A stretch of DNA of 64,000 nucleotides. It comes from Dehalococcoidia bacterium (GTDB taxonomy: Bacteria > Chloroflexota > Dehalococcoidia > DSTF01 > JACRBR01). Of the stretch, positions 49,665 through 59,319 are shown one piece after another. The stretch spans positions 1 to 64,000 of the forward strand of contig JBGQBE010000005.1 in assembly GCA_041494685.1 (NCBI GenBank), read 5' to 3'. The position numbers were made by a program, and so were the translations under genes. Position 1 is the stretch's first letter; every line of letters begins with the position of its first letter. The notes beneath the pieces are model-generated. The model was given only the letters and a program-made list of their open reading frames with translations, did not search any database and had not been told where the DNA came from.

Positions 49665-50162
49665 CTACGCCGCGGGTCTTCGCGTGGTCTGCACCTTGTG
49701 GAAGCGGGCGCCGCCGCGGCCGCCCTGCTTGATGCCGATGATCTCGGTGTCGGCCATGTCGGGGCTGGTCGTCAGGTAGCGCTGGACGATGCGCCCGACG
49801 GGCTGCGCCGCCAGCACCGCCAGCATCGACGCCAGGATCACGTTCGGCAGCTTTTCGCCGCGCCGGCCGCTGCCCATCGTCATGACGGAGGCGATGCCCG
49901 CCATCGCGCCGGCGACGGCCAGGTTCGTCCCGCAGAACGGCGAGACGGCCAGGTAGCCCTCGCCCTGCTGCATGCGGCGCAGCGCCTCGTGGGTCGATTC
50001 TTCGAGCAGCTCGGTCGGCACGTCGGCGTACAGGTAGTAGCCATCGCCGGTGGCGCGGCCCACCATGCGCACGTCGTGGCCGATCCGGCGCAGCAGCACC
50101 GCGATCGTCGCGTGCTCCAGCGCGTGGTTGCGTCGCACCGTGCCGATGAGATTGCCGATCAT
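49665..50162 (-). CDS. DUF6391-like protein
   Basis: RRNHALEHATI, AL.RM..GE..LAVSP.CGTN, QRYLTT. Confidence 0.7.
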   Translation of the reverse strand: MIGNLIGTVRRNHALEHATIAVLLRRIGHDVRMVGRATGDGYYLYADVPTELLEESTHEALRRMQQGEGYLAVSPFCGTNLAVAGAMAGIASVMTMGSGRRGEKLPNVILASMLAVLAAQPVGRIVQRYLTTSPDMADTEIIGIKQGGRGGARFHKVQTTRRPAA

Positions 50163-50252
50163 CGCGTCCTCCGGGCCGGCCGCGCGGCACCGGGCGCCGC
50201 GCCTGCCTTCAGCTTCGGCCAGTATACCCGCCCGCCGTAGCCCCTGGACGTG

Positions 50253-50840
50253 TCAGTCGCCCGCGCCGCAGGTCCGCTTCTCGTACGGCGCCTGGCCGAT
50301 CACGCCCTTGCTGCGCGTGCACGTGCGGCTATCGGTCTCGATGATCACGTCGCCGCCGCCGTCCACGTGCACCGCGTAGCGGTCCAGGTCGCCGTAACCG
50401 GTGCCGAACGCGAAGGCGCCGTCGGCGCGCCACACCGCGCGGTTCCCGTCGCACGCCTCGACGAAGCCGCCCTGCAGCCCCGGCAGCGTGTCCAGCGTGC
50501 CGATGCCTGCGGTCTGGTCGTACACGACGCGGCAACTGCCCTGCATCTCCTGCTGCTTCGGCGACCGGTCGTAGATCGCCGTGAACGAGCCATCGGGCAG
50601 GCGCACGAGGAAGAGGTGCTCCGCCTCGAACGCCGTCACGGACGGCGACTGGTACGCGCTCGCCGGACCCGCGCCGAACCCGTGCTGCGGCTGCTCGGCG
50701 CTGTCGCCCTGGTCGAACGCATAGCCGATGCCGATCACCACGACGATGAGCACGACGATGGCGAGCAGCAGCTTCGTGACGCAGCCGAGCGGGCGGCGCG
50801 CCGGCGAGGATGGCGCCGCGGGAGGTCCGGCCTCGCTCAT
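50253..50840 (-). CDS. Membrane-anchored Rieske-like protein lacking Fe-S ligands
   Basis: FLVR..DG.F.AIY.R[SPK]...GSCRV...F.[EACD]G...W..DG....G....LDRY.V pattern. Confidence 0.6.
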   Translation of the reverse strand: MSEAGPPAAPSSPARRPLGCVTKLLLAIVVLIVVVIGIGYAFDQGDSAEQPQHGFGAGPASAYQSPSVTAFEAEHLFLVRLPDGSFTAIYDRSPKQQEMQGSCRVVYDQTAGIGTLDTLPGLQGGFVEACDGNRAVWRADGAFAFGTGYGDLDRYAVHVDGGGDVIIETDSRTCTRSKGVIGQAPYEKRTCGAGD

Positions 50841-51574
50841 GCGCCCTCGGCCGCGCCACGCACGCGCGCGGCGATCAGCGCCTCAAGACGAAGCGCGTCC
50901 TCCAGCGGCAGGTCCGCGCCGCGAAGCATCGCTTCCTTCACCGCACGCACCGAATCGGGCGGCAGCGCCGCGAGCTTTGCCGCCATCGCGGCCGCCTCGT
51001 CGTGCAGGCGCGCGCGCCGCACAACGCGATTCACCAGGCCGATCGCGAGCGCGCGCCGCGCGTCGATCGTGTCGCCAGTGAGGATCAGCTCGCGCGCGAT
51101 GCCGGGCGGGATCGTGCGCGGCAGCGTCTGCGTGCCGCCGGCCGAGGGGATGTAGCCCAGCGTCACCTCCGGCAGCGCGAACCGCGCGTCGTCCGCGGCG
51201 ATGCGGATGTCGCAGAGCAGCGGCAGCTCGCACCCCGCCCCGTACGCGAAGCCGTGCATCGCGGCGATCAGCGGCTTCGTGATCTCCAGCATCAGCGCCC
51301 AGACGTCGCGGTCGCGGCGTGCCCGCCGCGACTCCACGTACGACGGCGCGGTGCCGAACTCGCTGATATCGGCGCCTGCCGAGAATGCGCGGTCGCCCGC
51401 GCCCTGGAACACCGCGACTCTGATCTCCGGGTCGTCGCGCACGGCCTGCAGCAGCGACCAGAGGTCGTCGCGGACGGCCATGTTCATGGCGTTCAGAACG
51501 TCCGGCCGGTTCAGCGTCAGCCACGCGACGCCGTCATCGGACTTCTCGAACAGCAGCGGAGGTTCAGCGCTCAC
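50837..51574 (-). CDS. Enoyl-CoA hydratase/isomerase family protein
   Basis: LNRPDVLNA, FSAGADI, KPLIAAMHGFAYGAGCE, ALPE. Confidence 0.92.
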   Translation of the reverse strand: MSAEPPLLFEKSDDGVAWLTLNRPDVLNAMNMAVRDDLWSLLQAVRDDPEIRVAVFQGAGDRAFSAGADISEFGTAPSYVESRRARRDRDVWALMLEITKPLIAAMHGFAYGAGCELPLLCDIRIAADDARFALPEVTLGYIPSAGGTQTLPRTIPPGIARELILTGDTIDARRALAIGLVNRVVRRARLHDEAAAMAAKLAALPPDSVRAVKEAMLRGADLPLEDALRLEALIAARVRGAAEGA

Positions 51575-51603
51575 GGTTCAGGCTACCACGGAGGCTGGTG
51601 CCG

Positions 51604-52740
51604 CTACAGCAGCACCAGGTTGCTGCGATGCACGACCTCCGCGCCGTACTGGTAGCCCAGCACCTCGGCGATGCGATCGGATCGCAGGCCGCGGATCGCG
51701 GCGACGTCATCGTTGCCGTAGTTCGTGATGCCACAGGCGATGGCCTGCCCGTCCGGCAGGCAAATATTCACGGTATCGCCGCGCTTGAAGGCGCCCTGGA
51801 CATCGCTCACACCCGCGGGCAGCAGGCTCTTGCTCCGCTCCAGCAGCGCCCTGGCGGCGCCCGCGTCAACGACGATGGCGCCGCGGGTCGCCAGGCCCGA
51901 GAGCATCCAGCGCTTGCGGCTCTCCATGCGCGTGCTCCGCGCCGGCAGCATCGTGCCGACGTGCTCACCGCGCGAGAGGCGGAGCAACACATCGCGCTCG
52001 GTGCCCTGCGCGATGAACACGTCGGAGCCGCCGCCAGTCGCGAGCTTCGCCGCCTGCAGCTTGGTGGTCATGCCGCCGGTGCCGCGAACGCTCTCGCTGC
52101 CGCCAGCGATCTCCTCGATCTCTCTTGTGATGCGGTCGACGCGCTCGATCAGCGTCGCCGACCTGTGCGTGCGCGGGTCGGCTGTGAAGAGCCCGCCCGT
52201 GTCGGTGAGCAGCGCGAGCAGGTCGGCATCGATGAGGTTGGCGACGAGCGCGGACAGATTGTCGTTGTCGCCGATACGCGCGCCGGCGATCTCGTCGATG
52301 GCGACGGCATCGTTCTCGTTGATGATCGGGACGACGCCGGCCTCGAGCATGCCGAGCAGCGTGTTGCGCGCGTTCAGGTATCCCACGCGGTCCGAGAGAT
52401 CGCGCTTACTGAGCAGCGTCTGGCCGACCACGCGGCCGTGCTTCGCGAAGAGCGCGTCGTACGCCTGCATCAGGTGCGGCTGTCCGACGGAGGCCAGCAC
52501 CTGCCGGTACGCGGTATCGCGGCGCCGCGGCGCGCCGGCCAGCCGCTGCCGCCCTGCGGCGATGGCGCCGCTGGTGACGATCAGCACCTCGCGGCCCTCG
52601 TCCATCAGCCGCACCGTCTGCTCCACCAGCACCGCCATCACCGCCGGGTCCAGGCGGTCGGTGCCGGCGGTGAGCAGATTCGTGCCGAACTTGGCGACGA
52701 TGCGCTCGTAGCCGCCACGGGCGGGCCGTTGCTTGGTCAT
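51604..52740 (-). CDS. proB: Glutamate 5-kinase
   Basis: VAKFGT, VTSGAIAAG, INENDAV, GDNDNLS, GTGGMTTK, PUA domain. Confidence 0.97.
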   Translation of the reverse strand: MTKQRPARGGYERIVAKFGTNLLTAGTDRLDPAVMAVLVEQTVRLMDEGREVLIVTSGAIAAGRQRLAGAPRRRDTAYRQVLASVGQPHLMQAYDALFAKHGRVVGQTLLSKRDLSDRVGYLNARNTLLGMLEAGVVPIINENDAVAIDEIAGARIGDNDNLSALVANLIDADLLALLTDTGGLFTADPRTHRSATLIERVDRITREIEEIAGGSESVRGTGGMTTKLQAAKLATGGGSDVFIAQGTERDVLLRLSRGEHVGTMLPARSTRMESRKRWMLSGLATRGAIVVDAGAARALLERSKSLLPAGVSDVQGAFKRGDTVNICLPDGQAIACGITNYGNDDVAAIRGLRSDRIAEVLGYQYGAEVVHRSNLVLL

Positions 52741-52850
52741 GCGCGCGAGCCGTTCATGCGTACTCCGTCCGGATTCGCGCCGATTATAGCAGCGGCTACG
52801 CCGGCCGCCGCGGCGCGCGGCAGCGCCTTCGTCCACGTACAATGGAGCAG

Positions 52851-53777
52851 ATGTTCAGACGGGGTTGGGTGCTGGCCAAGCACACGTACTTGAGCTTCAC
52901 ACGCCACGACTGCTTGCAGCTCGCGGCGGCTATCTCCTATTACGTGCTGTTCTCCATCCTCCCTCTGGCGATCTTCACCGTCTCCATCTTCGGTTTCGTC
53001 CTCAACAGCACAAGCGTCCGCGACGAAGTGGTCAACCGCGTCCTGGACATCGTCCCGCTCACGCAGACCGACGGGCGCGACGCGATCGTGTCCGCGCTGG
53101 ACAACGTCAAGCGGGTCAGCGGCCCGGTCGCGGTGCTCGGCCTCCTCGGCACGCTCTGGACCGCGTCCGCGGTCTTCGCGTCGATCCGCAAGTCGCTGAA
53201 CCGCATCTGGGGCGTCGATGAGCACCGCCCCTTTGCGCAGCAGAAGCTCGTCGACTTCTCGCAGGTCGGCCTGCTCGGCTTCATCTTGCTCGCGTCGATG
53301 GTGCTCACGGGCGTGCTGCGGGCGATCCGCGCGATGAACCCGGTGACGGCGGGGCCGCTGGCCGGGCACAGTCCGCTCTGGGAGTTGCCCGCAGTGCTGC
53401 TTCCCGCCGTGCTGTCGCTCGCGACGTTTCTGCTGCTCTATCGCTGGGTGCCCGCGGCGCGGCCTCGCTGGCGCGACGTCCTGCCGGGCGCGCTGGTAGC
53501 GACGCTGCTGTTCGAAGTGCTGAAGAACTCGTTCGCCTTCTACGTGGCGAACTTCAACAACTTCGACGTGGTGTACGGCTCGCTCGGCGGCGCGCTGCTC
53601 TTCCTGTTCTACACGTACCTGTCGTCGAACATCCTGCTCATCGGCGCCGAGTTGTCGCGGACGCTGCAGCGCTATCACAGCGGCGAGTTCAGCGCCGAGA
53701 TCGATCCCGCCGAGCCGGCGCTGCCGGTCGCAGAGTGGGCGTTCCGGGCGCTGAAGGGACTCTTCGTGCGGCAGTAG
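52851..53777 (+). CDS. YihY/virulence factor BrkB family membrane protein
   Basis: LAAAISYY.LFSI.P, LNRIW, VYGSLG, LLIGAE. Confidence 0.92.
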   Translation: MFRRGWVLAKHTYLSFTRHDCLQLAAAISYYVLFSILPLAIFTVSIFGFVLNSTSVRDEVVNRVLDIVPLTQTDGRDAIVSALDNVKRVSGPVAVLGLLGTLWTASAVFASIRKSLNRIWGVDEHRPFAQQKLVDFSQVGLLGFILLASMVLTGVLRAIRAMNPVTAGPLAGHSPLWELPAVLLPAVLSLATFLLLYRWVPAARPRWRDVLPGALVATLLFEVLKNSFAFYVANFNNFDVVYGSLGGALLFLFYTYLSSNILLIGAELSRTLQRYHSGEFSAEIDPAEPALPVAEWAFRALKGLFVRQ

Positions 53778-53787
53778 CGCCGGCTGC

Positions 53788-54495
53788 CTACTGCTCTTCG
53801 ATCACGATCGTGTTGATCGTCGTGCCGGGCGTCGTCGCGCGCTGCGGGTCACGGGGCGCGATCTTGTCCAGCACGTCGCGTCCCTCGATGAGCTGGCCGA
53901 AGGTCGTGTAGCCACCGTCCAGGCTCGGCTGCGGCGCGTAGTCGATGAACCACTGGCTGCCGGCGGAGTTCGGCGCGGCCGTCTTCGCCATGCCGATCGT
54001 GCCGTCCAGGAACTTCGCGGAGTTGACCTCGTCCTTGATCGTATAGCCGGGACCGCCGCTGCCGGTGCCGGTAGGATCGCCCGCCTGTGCGACGAACCCC
54101 GGGATCACGCGGTGGAACGTCACGCCGTCGTAGTAGTGGTCGCGCGCCAGGAAGACGAAGTTGTTCACCGTCACCGGCGCGTTCTTCGGGTACAGCTCCA
54201 GCTTGATATCGCCGATGTCCATCTTGATGGTGGCGAAATAGCGCTTGTTCGGGTCGATGGTCATGGGTGGGGCTGCGGAATACGTCTTGTGGCCTCCGTT
54301 CTGGGCCGGCTGCGTGCCGGGGGTGCTGGCCGCCGCCGGGGCGGTCGCAGGTGCAGTGGTCGTGCCCGCCGCGGCGGGCGGCTTCGTCGCCGCGGGCGAT
54401 GCCGCGCTGGTGCTGCTGCTCTTCGTGCCGCTGCCGCTGCCGCACGCCGCGAACAACAGCGAGCCGGCGAGGGCGATCCCGATCATCAGTCTCAT
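53788..54495 (-). CDS. Cyclophilin-type peptidylprolyl isomerase, lipoprotein
   Basis: Lipobox FAAC; APVTVNNF, FHRVIPGF..Q.GDP, GSQWFI. Confidence 0.94.
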   Translation of the reverse strand: MRLMIGIALAGSLLFAACGSGSGTKSSSTSAASPAATKPPAAAGTTTAPATAPAAASTPGTQPAQNGGHKTYSAAPPMTIDPNKRYFATIKMDIGDIKLELYPKNAPVTVNNFVFLARDHYYDGVTFHRVIPGFVAQAGDPTGTGSGGPGYTIKDEVNSAKFLDGTIGMAKTAAPNSAGSQWFIDYAPQPSLDGGYTTFGQLIEGRDVLDKIAPRDPQRATTPGTTINTIVIEEQ

Positions 54496-54530
54496 GTAGC
54501 GATACTCCTCCGTCCTCGTATCACAGGCGC

Positions 54531-55442
54531 TTATTCGAAAATGCTGCTCACGACCTCTTCGATGCTGCGCTGCACGTCAGCGTCGTCGGTGAGCGCCCAC
54601 ACCACGCCGACCTGGCAGGCGCGACGCGGTGAGATGCCCTGATGGATCAGCTTGCCCGTGTACACCAGCAGGCGCGTGCTCACGCCCTCGCTGAGGCCGT
54701 GCTCGCGCAGGTTACGCACCTTCTCGCCCAGCTTCGCCAGGTCCTGCGCGATCTCCTCCGAGACGCCGCTCTCGTGCGCGATGATCTTCGACTCCAGCTC
54801 CTTGCGCGGGTGCGTGAACTCGATCGAGATGAAGCGCTGGCGCGTGCTGTGCTTCAGATCCTTCAGCGCGCTCTGGTATCCCGGGTTGTACGAGATGACC
54901 AGCAGAAAGCCTTCCTTCGCCTCGACGATCTGGCCGCGCTTCTCGATGGGCAGCACGCGCCGGTGGTCGGTCAGCGGGTGGATCAGCACCGTGGTGTCCT
55001 TGCGCGCCTCGACCACCTCGTCGAGATAGCAGATCGCGCCCGCCTTCACGGCGCGCGTTAGCGGGCCGTCGATCCAGCGCGTGCTGTCCCCTTCGAGCAG
55101 GTAGCGGCCGACCAGGTCGCTGGCCGTGAGGTCCTCATGGCAGGCGACGGTGACAAGCGGCAGCGCCTCCGTCAGCACGGGCGCGCCCTTGTCCTTCGTG
55201 CCGCCCTGATCCTTCACGATCGTGATCGGCCGGCCGAGCCGCCACGCCATGTACTCGACAAAGCGCGTCTTGCCGCAACCCGTCGGGCCCTTGAGCAGCA
55301 CGGGGATGCGCGACGCAAAGGCCGCCTCGAACAGCTCCACCTCATCGCCCGTCGGCACGTAGTACGGCTCGACGTGCGGGTGGTACTCCTCGATAGCGTA
55401 CTGGCGGTATCCCTGCTCTCCCGTCTCTGTCTCGGTGGTCAT
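54531..55442 (-). CDS. CbbQ/NirQ/NorQ family AAA+ ATPase
   Basis: [55 protein letters not shown]. Confidence 0.93.
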   Translation of the reverse strand: MTTETETGEQGYRQYAIEEYHPHVEPYYVPTGDEVELFEAAFASRIPVLLKGPTGCGKTRFVEYMAWRLGRPITIVKDQGGTKDKGAPVLTEALPLVTVACHEDLTASDLVGRYLLEGDSTRWIDGPLTRAVKAGAICYLDEVVEARKDTTVLIHPLTDHRRVLPIEKRGQIVEAKEGFLLVISYNPGYQSALKDLKHSTRQRFISIEFTHPRKELESKIIAHESGVSEEIAQDLAKLGEKVRNLREHGLSEGVSTRLLVYTGKLIHQGISPRRACQVGVVWALTDDADVQRSIEEVVSSIFE

Positions 55443-55481
55443 CTGGTCCTCCCGTATATGTGTACGTGGCCGCCGGGCGCG

Positions 55482-56093
55482 TTAGCGCGCGCCGTTGGCC
55501 GCGATGAGCTTCTTCCACTGCTCGGCGACGCGCTGTTCAAGCTCCTTCAGCGTGCCGCCGTTATCGATGATCACCTGCGCGTGGCGCGCCCGCTCCTCGT
55601 TCGTGAGCTGGGCCGCGATGCGCGCGTCCGCCTGCTCGGCCGTGAGGCCGTTGCGGGCGATCAGCCGCTCCCGCGCCACCGCCGGCGCGACGGTCACCAG
55701 CCAGACCTGGTCCACGATCGGGATCCAGTCCGCCTCGATCAGCACCGCCGCTTCCAGCACGACGACGGGCACGCCCTGCGCCCGCAGCGCACCCAGGCGC
55801 TGGTCCATCGTCGTCCGCATCCACGGCCAGACGATGCCCTCGAGCTTCTTGCGCTGCGCCGGGTCGCCGAAGACCTTGCCGCCCAGCGCCTTCCGGTCGA
55901 TCTCGCCGTCGTCCCCGACGACCTCCGGGCCGAAGGCCTGCACGACGGCGCTGTAGCAGCCGCTGCCGCGCTGATACGCCTCGTGGCCGACCTTGTCGGC
56001 GTCGATGACGACGGCGCCCTTCGCGCCCAGCATGGCGCTGACGGCGGACTTGCCGCTGGCGATGCCTCCGGTGAGGCCAATCACTACCGTCAC
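55482..56093 (-). CDS. coaE: Dephospho-CoA kinase
   Basis: GLTGGIASGKS, IDAD, IDRKALG..VF, RIAAQ, IDN.G. Confidence 0.96.
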   Translation of the reverse strand: MTVVIGLTGGIASGKSAVSAMLGAKGAVVIDADKVGHEAYQRGSGCYSAVVQAFGPEVVGDDGEIDRKALGGKVFGDPAQRKKLEGIVWPWMRTTMDQRLGALRAQGVPVVVLEAAVLIEADWIPIVDQVWLVTVAPAVARERLIARNGLTAEQADARIAAQLTNEERARHAQVIIDNGGTLKELEQRVAEQWKKLIAANGAR

Positions 56094-56411
56094 GGTGCCT
56101 GCTCCGACGGGGAGACGAACGCGCTGGATGGCCCGGCGCCTGCATAAAGTATGGAAGACGGCCGGAAGACGGACAAGTTTGGCTGTAGTATGGGCAGTGG
56201 CGCGCGATCCAGTGAGGACCCGCGGCGTAGCGTCCCTCCGGGCGAGCGCTCCTGCGTCACGCGCGCGACTGCCTGTTCGCTAGGCTCGCCGTCAAGATTC
56301 CCACGGCTCACATGAAACTGGCACCAGATGTACCCCAAATTCCCTTGACGCAGCCCAACGCGCGAACGCAGAATCGAACAGAATCGAAGTTCGGCCAATA
56401 CGAGGGACCGG

Positions 56412-56666
56412 ATGCCACCACGCTTGCGCCGGCACTCCGCGCGTCATTTTCGAGGCGGACCCGTGGCAGCGCTGCTGCACTGGCCGTTCGCGCTGTTGGT
56501 GGCGGTCGTTCTGTTGGCGCTCCCGGCCAGCGCCAACGTCGAGCCTGCGGTGGCAGCCCCCAACGCCTGGTCCCCTGCAGGCAGCATGGCGACCCCACGC
56601 GCGAGGCACGCGGTGCCGCCGGAGCCGCCCGGTCGTGCAGCGCCATCGAGCCGCGCGCCGGAATGA
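56412..56666 (+). pseudogene. Truncated Kelch-repeat secreted protein
   Basis: Signal peptide then NAWSPAGSMATPRARH (start of one Kelch blade); similarity ends ~56612. Confidence 0.55.
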
Positions 56667-57110
56667 GGAGAAGCAGGAAGGGACGACCGACACCGGGAGT
56701 CCCGCAGACCCTGCCACTCAGGACCTACCGGCTACCACCATCTCGGGCCGGCTGCCCCGTCCCTGAGTCAGCCACCTGCGGCTCCAGATGCGGCGGCGCG
56801 CCGCTGGCTGGGCGGGCGAAGAGGCGGGATCGCATCGAGAACCGGTCATGGGTTGACCGGTATCCCGCCGGAACCAGCCGCGGGTCCGCCAGGCTTCCGG
56901 AGGTCGGGATCACGCAAGGGCGGGCGATGGGCGGTGGACGTACCGGGGGCTGCCCTCGACGGCTGCCGACAGTGCGTACCCACGTCCTGGCGATGACAAT
57001 GGTGCATTCGTACCCCCCTTTACGCTGATCCGATCAGCTAGCATCTCCAGGGCAGCGACGCCAGGCCACGTGCGCGGCGTGGGGATGGTGACAGCCAGGG
57101 AGGCAGCGAC

Positions 57111-57857
57111 ATGTCCAGCACGCAGTTGTATGACACCATCGGAGCCACTTACACCGTGACGCGGCGCACCGAGCCGCGGATCGCCGCAAGGATCTGGGCT
57201 GCGCTTGGCGATGCGCGGACGGTATTGAATGTTGGGGCTGGCACCGGCTCCTACGAGCCCCCCGGCCGTGACGTAACCGCGGTGGAACCGTCGGCGCTCA
57301 TGCGTGCGCAGCGTCCCGCAGGCGCGGCGCCGTGCGTGGCTGCTGTCGCGGAGAGCCTTCCGTTCGAGGACCAGTCCTTCGACGCCGCGATGGCTTTTAG
57401 CACCGTTCATCACTGGCAGGACCCGATCGCGGGCCTGCGCGAGATGCGGCGCGTGGCTCGCCGCGTGGTGGTCTTCACGTGCGACTCCAGTGACACCGGA
57501 TGGCGTCGTCGGTTCTGGCTTACTCGCGACTACCTGCCTGAGGTCGCTGACTTCCGCGTCGGCCGGCCCTCGCTGACGGAGCAGGCCCGCGCGATCGGAG
57601 CCCGCATGGAGCCGGTGCTCATTCCGTGGGACTGCGCTGACGGCTTCTTCGAGGCCCACTGGCGCAGGCCCGAGGCATACCTGGACGATCATGTACGTCG
57701 CGGAGTATCGGTGTGGGCCAGAGTCGGGCCGGAGGCCGAGCAGCGGGCAGTGCGCAGCCTCCGTAATGACCTTGTCTCAGGCCGGTGGGCCGAACGCAAC
57801 CGCGACCTCGTCGCTCTCGATGCAGCGGAGCTGGGCCTTCGCCTGCTCGTAACCTGA
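57111..57857 (+). CDS. Class I SAM-dependent methyltransferase
   Basis: VLNVGAGTGSYE, AVEPS, AESLPF.D.SFDAA, VHHW; AGGGAGG SD; more A/T at third positions than host genes. Confidence 0.9.
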   Translation: MSSTQLYDTIGATYTVTRRTEPRIAARIWAALGDARTVLNVGAGTGSYEPPGRDVTAVEPSALMRAQRPAGAAPCVAAVAESLPFEDQSFDAAMAFSTVHHWQDPIAGLREMRRVARRVVVFTCDSSDTGWRRRFWLTRDYLPEVADFRVGRPSLTEQARAIGARMEPVLIPWDCADGFFEAHWRRPEAYLDDHVRRGVSVWARVGPEAEQRAVRSLRNDLVSGRWAERNRDLVALDAAELGLRLLVT

Positions 57858-58142
57858 ACCCCGCAGCAGACTGGGTACAAGTTGACATTGCAGCCGAACG
57901 CGACGAGGAGCAGCAACGTCTTGGCCGATGCTCTACCGGGGCGACGGAGAGGTCGGGTGCCGCCGTAGCCGGCGTGGCAGATCCCTCGGATCCCTCGTCA
58001 GGGCTGGCCATGATAGGGCTGGATCTGCGGCTGCTGGAGCGCGGCCTTCATTGCGTCACCAGCCTGGCTGATCGCGTCAGCCTCCATCGCATCGAGCACG
58101 CTACTGGCCCACGGCCGCCTGCCCGTCCCAGCAGGACCAAAT

Positions 58143-58250
58143 GGTGCCCGCGCGGTGCCGCACCCGGTGTGCCCGTGGGTGCCCCGGTGTCCCCCGACGG
58201 GGCCGTACCGGCCCCACGACGGTGCCCGTGGGTGACCCCAGGTGACCCGG
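58143..58250 (+). repeat. Phased GGTG(A/T)CCC-type direct repeats
   Basis: Units at 58143, 58154, 58166, 58178, 58186, and an exact 10-bp phase at 58221, 58231, 58241. Confidence 0.7.
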
Positions 58251-58265
58251 CGTCGGGACGCAGGA

Positions 58266-58314
58266 CGGACTTCTAATCCGATGGCCGCAGGTTCGAATCC
58301 TGCAGGGGGTGCCA
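58266..58314 (+). mobile_element. 3' half of tRNA-Arg(TCT) (att-like remnant)
   Basis: CGGACTTCTAATCCGATGGCCGCAGGTTCGAATCCTGCAGGGGGTGCCA, 46/49 identical to the tRNA at 49470..49546; no 5' acceptor strand or D-arm. Confidence 0.85.
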
Positions 58315-58511
58315 TCAACCCTGGCTACGGCATCAGCCGTTCGGGCATCATGCTCATGCCGCCGGCGACTCTCACGCAGCCAACGATATAGCCGGCCACC
58401 ACAGTTGAGGCCGGCTCTCGCCACCAGCTCATCGCCCCGCTTCCCTCACCCCGCCGCGCGTGGCAGACTCGACTCGCACGACACAGGCACCGTAGCGAGG
58501 AGCGCAGGACG

Positions 58512-59246
58512 ATGGGCGACCGTCTCGAAGGCAAGGTGGCGCTGGTGACCGGCGGCGGCATGGGCATCGGCCGGGCGATGGCGCTGCGCTTCGCGGCGGA
58601 GGGCGCGCACGTCGTCGTCTCCGACATCAACGAGGCGGCCGCGCGCTCCGTCGCCACCGAGATCGGCGAGACGTCGATCGTCAACAAGTGCGACACGTCC
58701 GACGAGGCCCAGGTGCAGGCGGCGATCGAGCAGGCCGTGAAGGCGTTCGGCGGCATCGACGTCATCTGCAACAACGCCGGCGTCAGTCCGGCCACCACGC
58801 CCGACTGGGACCGCATGATCGCGATCAACCTCAGCGGCGTCATGTACGGCCTCAAGCACGGCTGCGAGGCGATGGCCGCGCGCGGCGGCGGCTCGATCGT
58901 CAACACGTCCTCGATGCTGGGGCTGATCAGCGTGCCCTTCCCCTCGCTCGAGGGATATACGGCCAGCAAGCACGGCGTCGTCGGGCTCACGAAGCACTAC
59001 GCGACGCTGTACGGCCCGCGCGGCGTGCGCGTCAACTGCATCAACCCCGGCTGGATCGAGACGGCGATGACGGACCCGATCGCGGCGACCGAGCAGGGGC
59101 GCTCGTTCATGGAGCAGAATTCGGCGCTGGGGCGGCTCGGCAAGCCGGAGGAGGTCGCCGCGGTCGCGCTCTTCCTGGCGTCGCAGGAGGCGTCCTTCGT
59201 CACCGGCGCGTCGTTCGTCGTGGACGGCGGCTGGACCGCGCGTTAG
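58512..59246 (+). CDS. SDR family oxidoreductase
   Basis: TGGGMGIG, NNAG, YTASK, VDGG. Confidence 0.93.
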   Translation: MGDRLEGKVALVTGGGMGIGRAMALRFAAEGAHVVVSDINEAAARSVATEIGETSIVNKCDTSDEAQVQAAIEQAVKAFGGIDVICNNAGVSPATTPDWDRMIAINLSGVMYGLKHGCEAMAARGGGSIVNTSSMLGLISVPFPSLEGYTASKHGVVGLTKHYATLYGPRGVRVNCINPGWIETAMTDPIAATEQGRSFMEQNSALGRLGKPEEVAAVALFLASQEASFVTGASFVVDGGWTAR

Positions 59247-59319
59247 CAGGCTGCGGGAGGCTGCCGCCGGGTATGACCGCGAGACTCGGCTCGCCGCGCT
59301 CGACGCGCCGCCCGACTAG

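Noticed and set aside
57020..57900. Integron cassette (attC) around the methyltransferase
   Set aside because: Only vague similarity (cgctgatccg / ttgcagccgaac); no RYYYAAC...GTTRRRY pair or long imperfect palindrome, and no intI.
57960..58140. Integrase C-terminal remnant next to the att-like fragment
   Set aside because: No convincing HxxR / LGH / catalytic Tyr pattern in any frame I could read; BLASTX would be needed.
58240..58314. Second functional tRNA-Arg gene
   Set aside because: The 5' acceptor strand and D-arm are absent; the upstream sequence is unrelated repeats.
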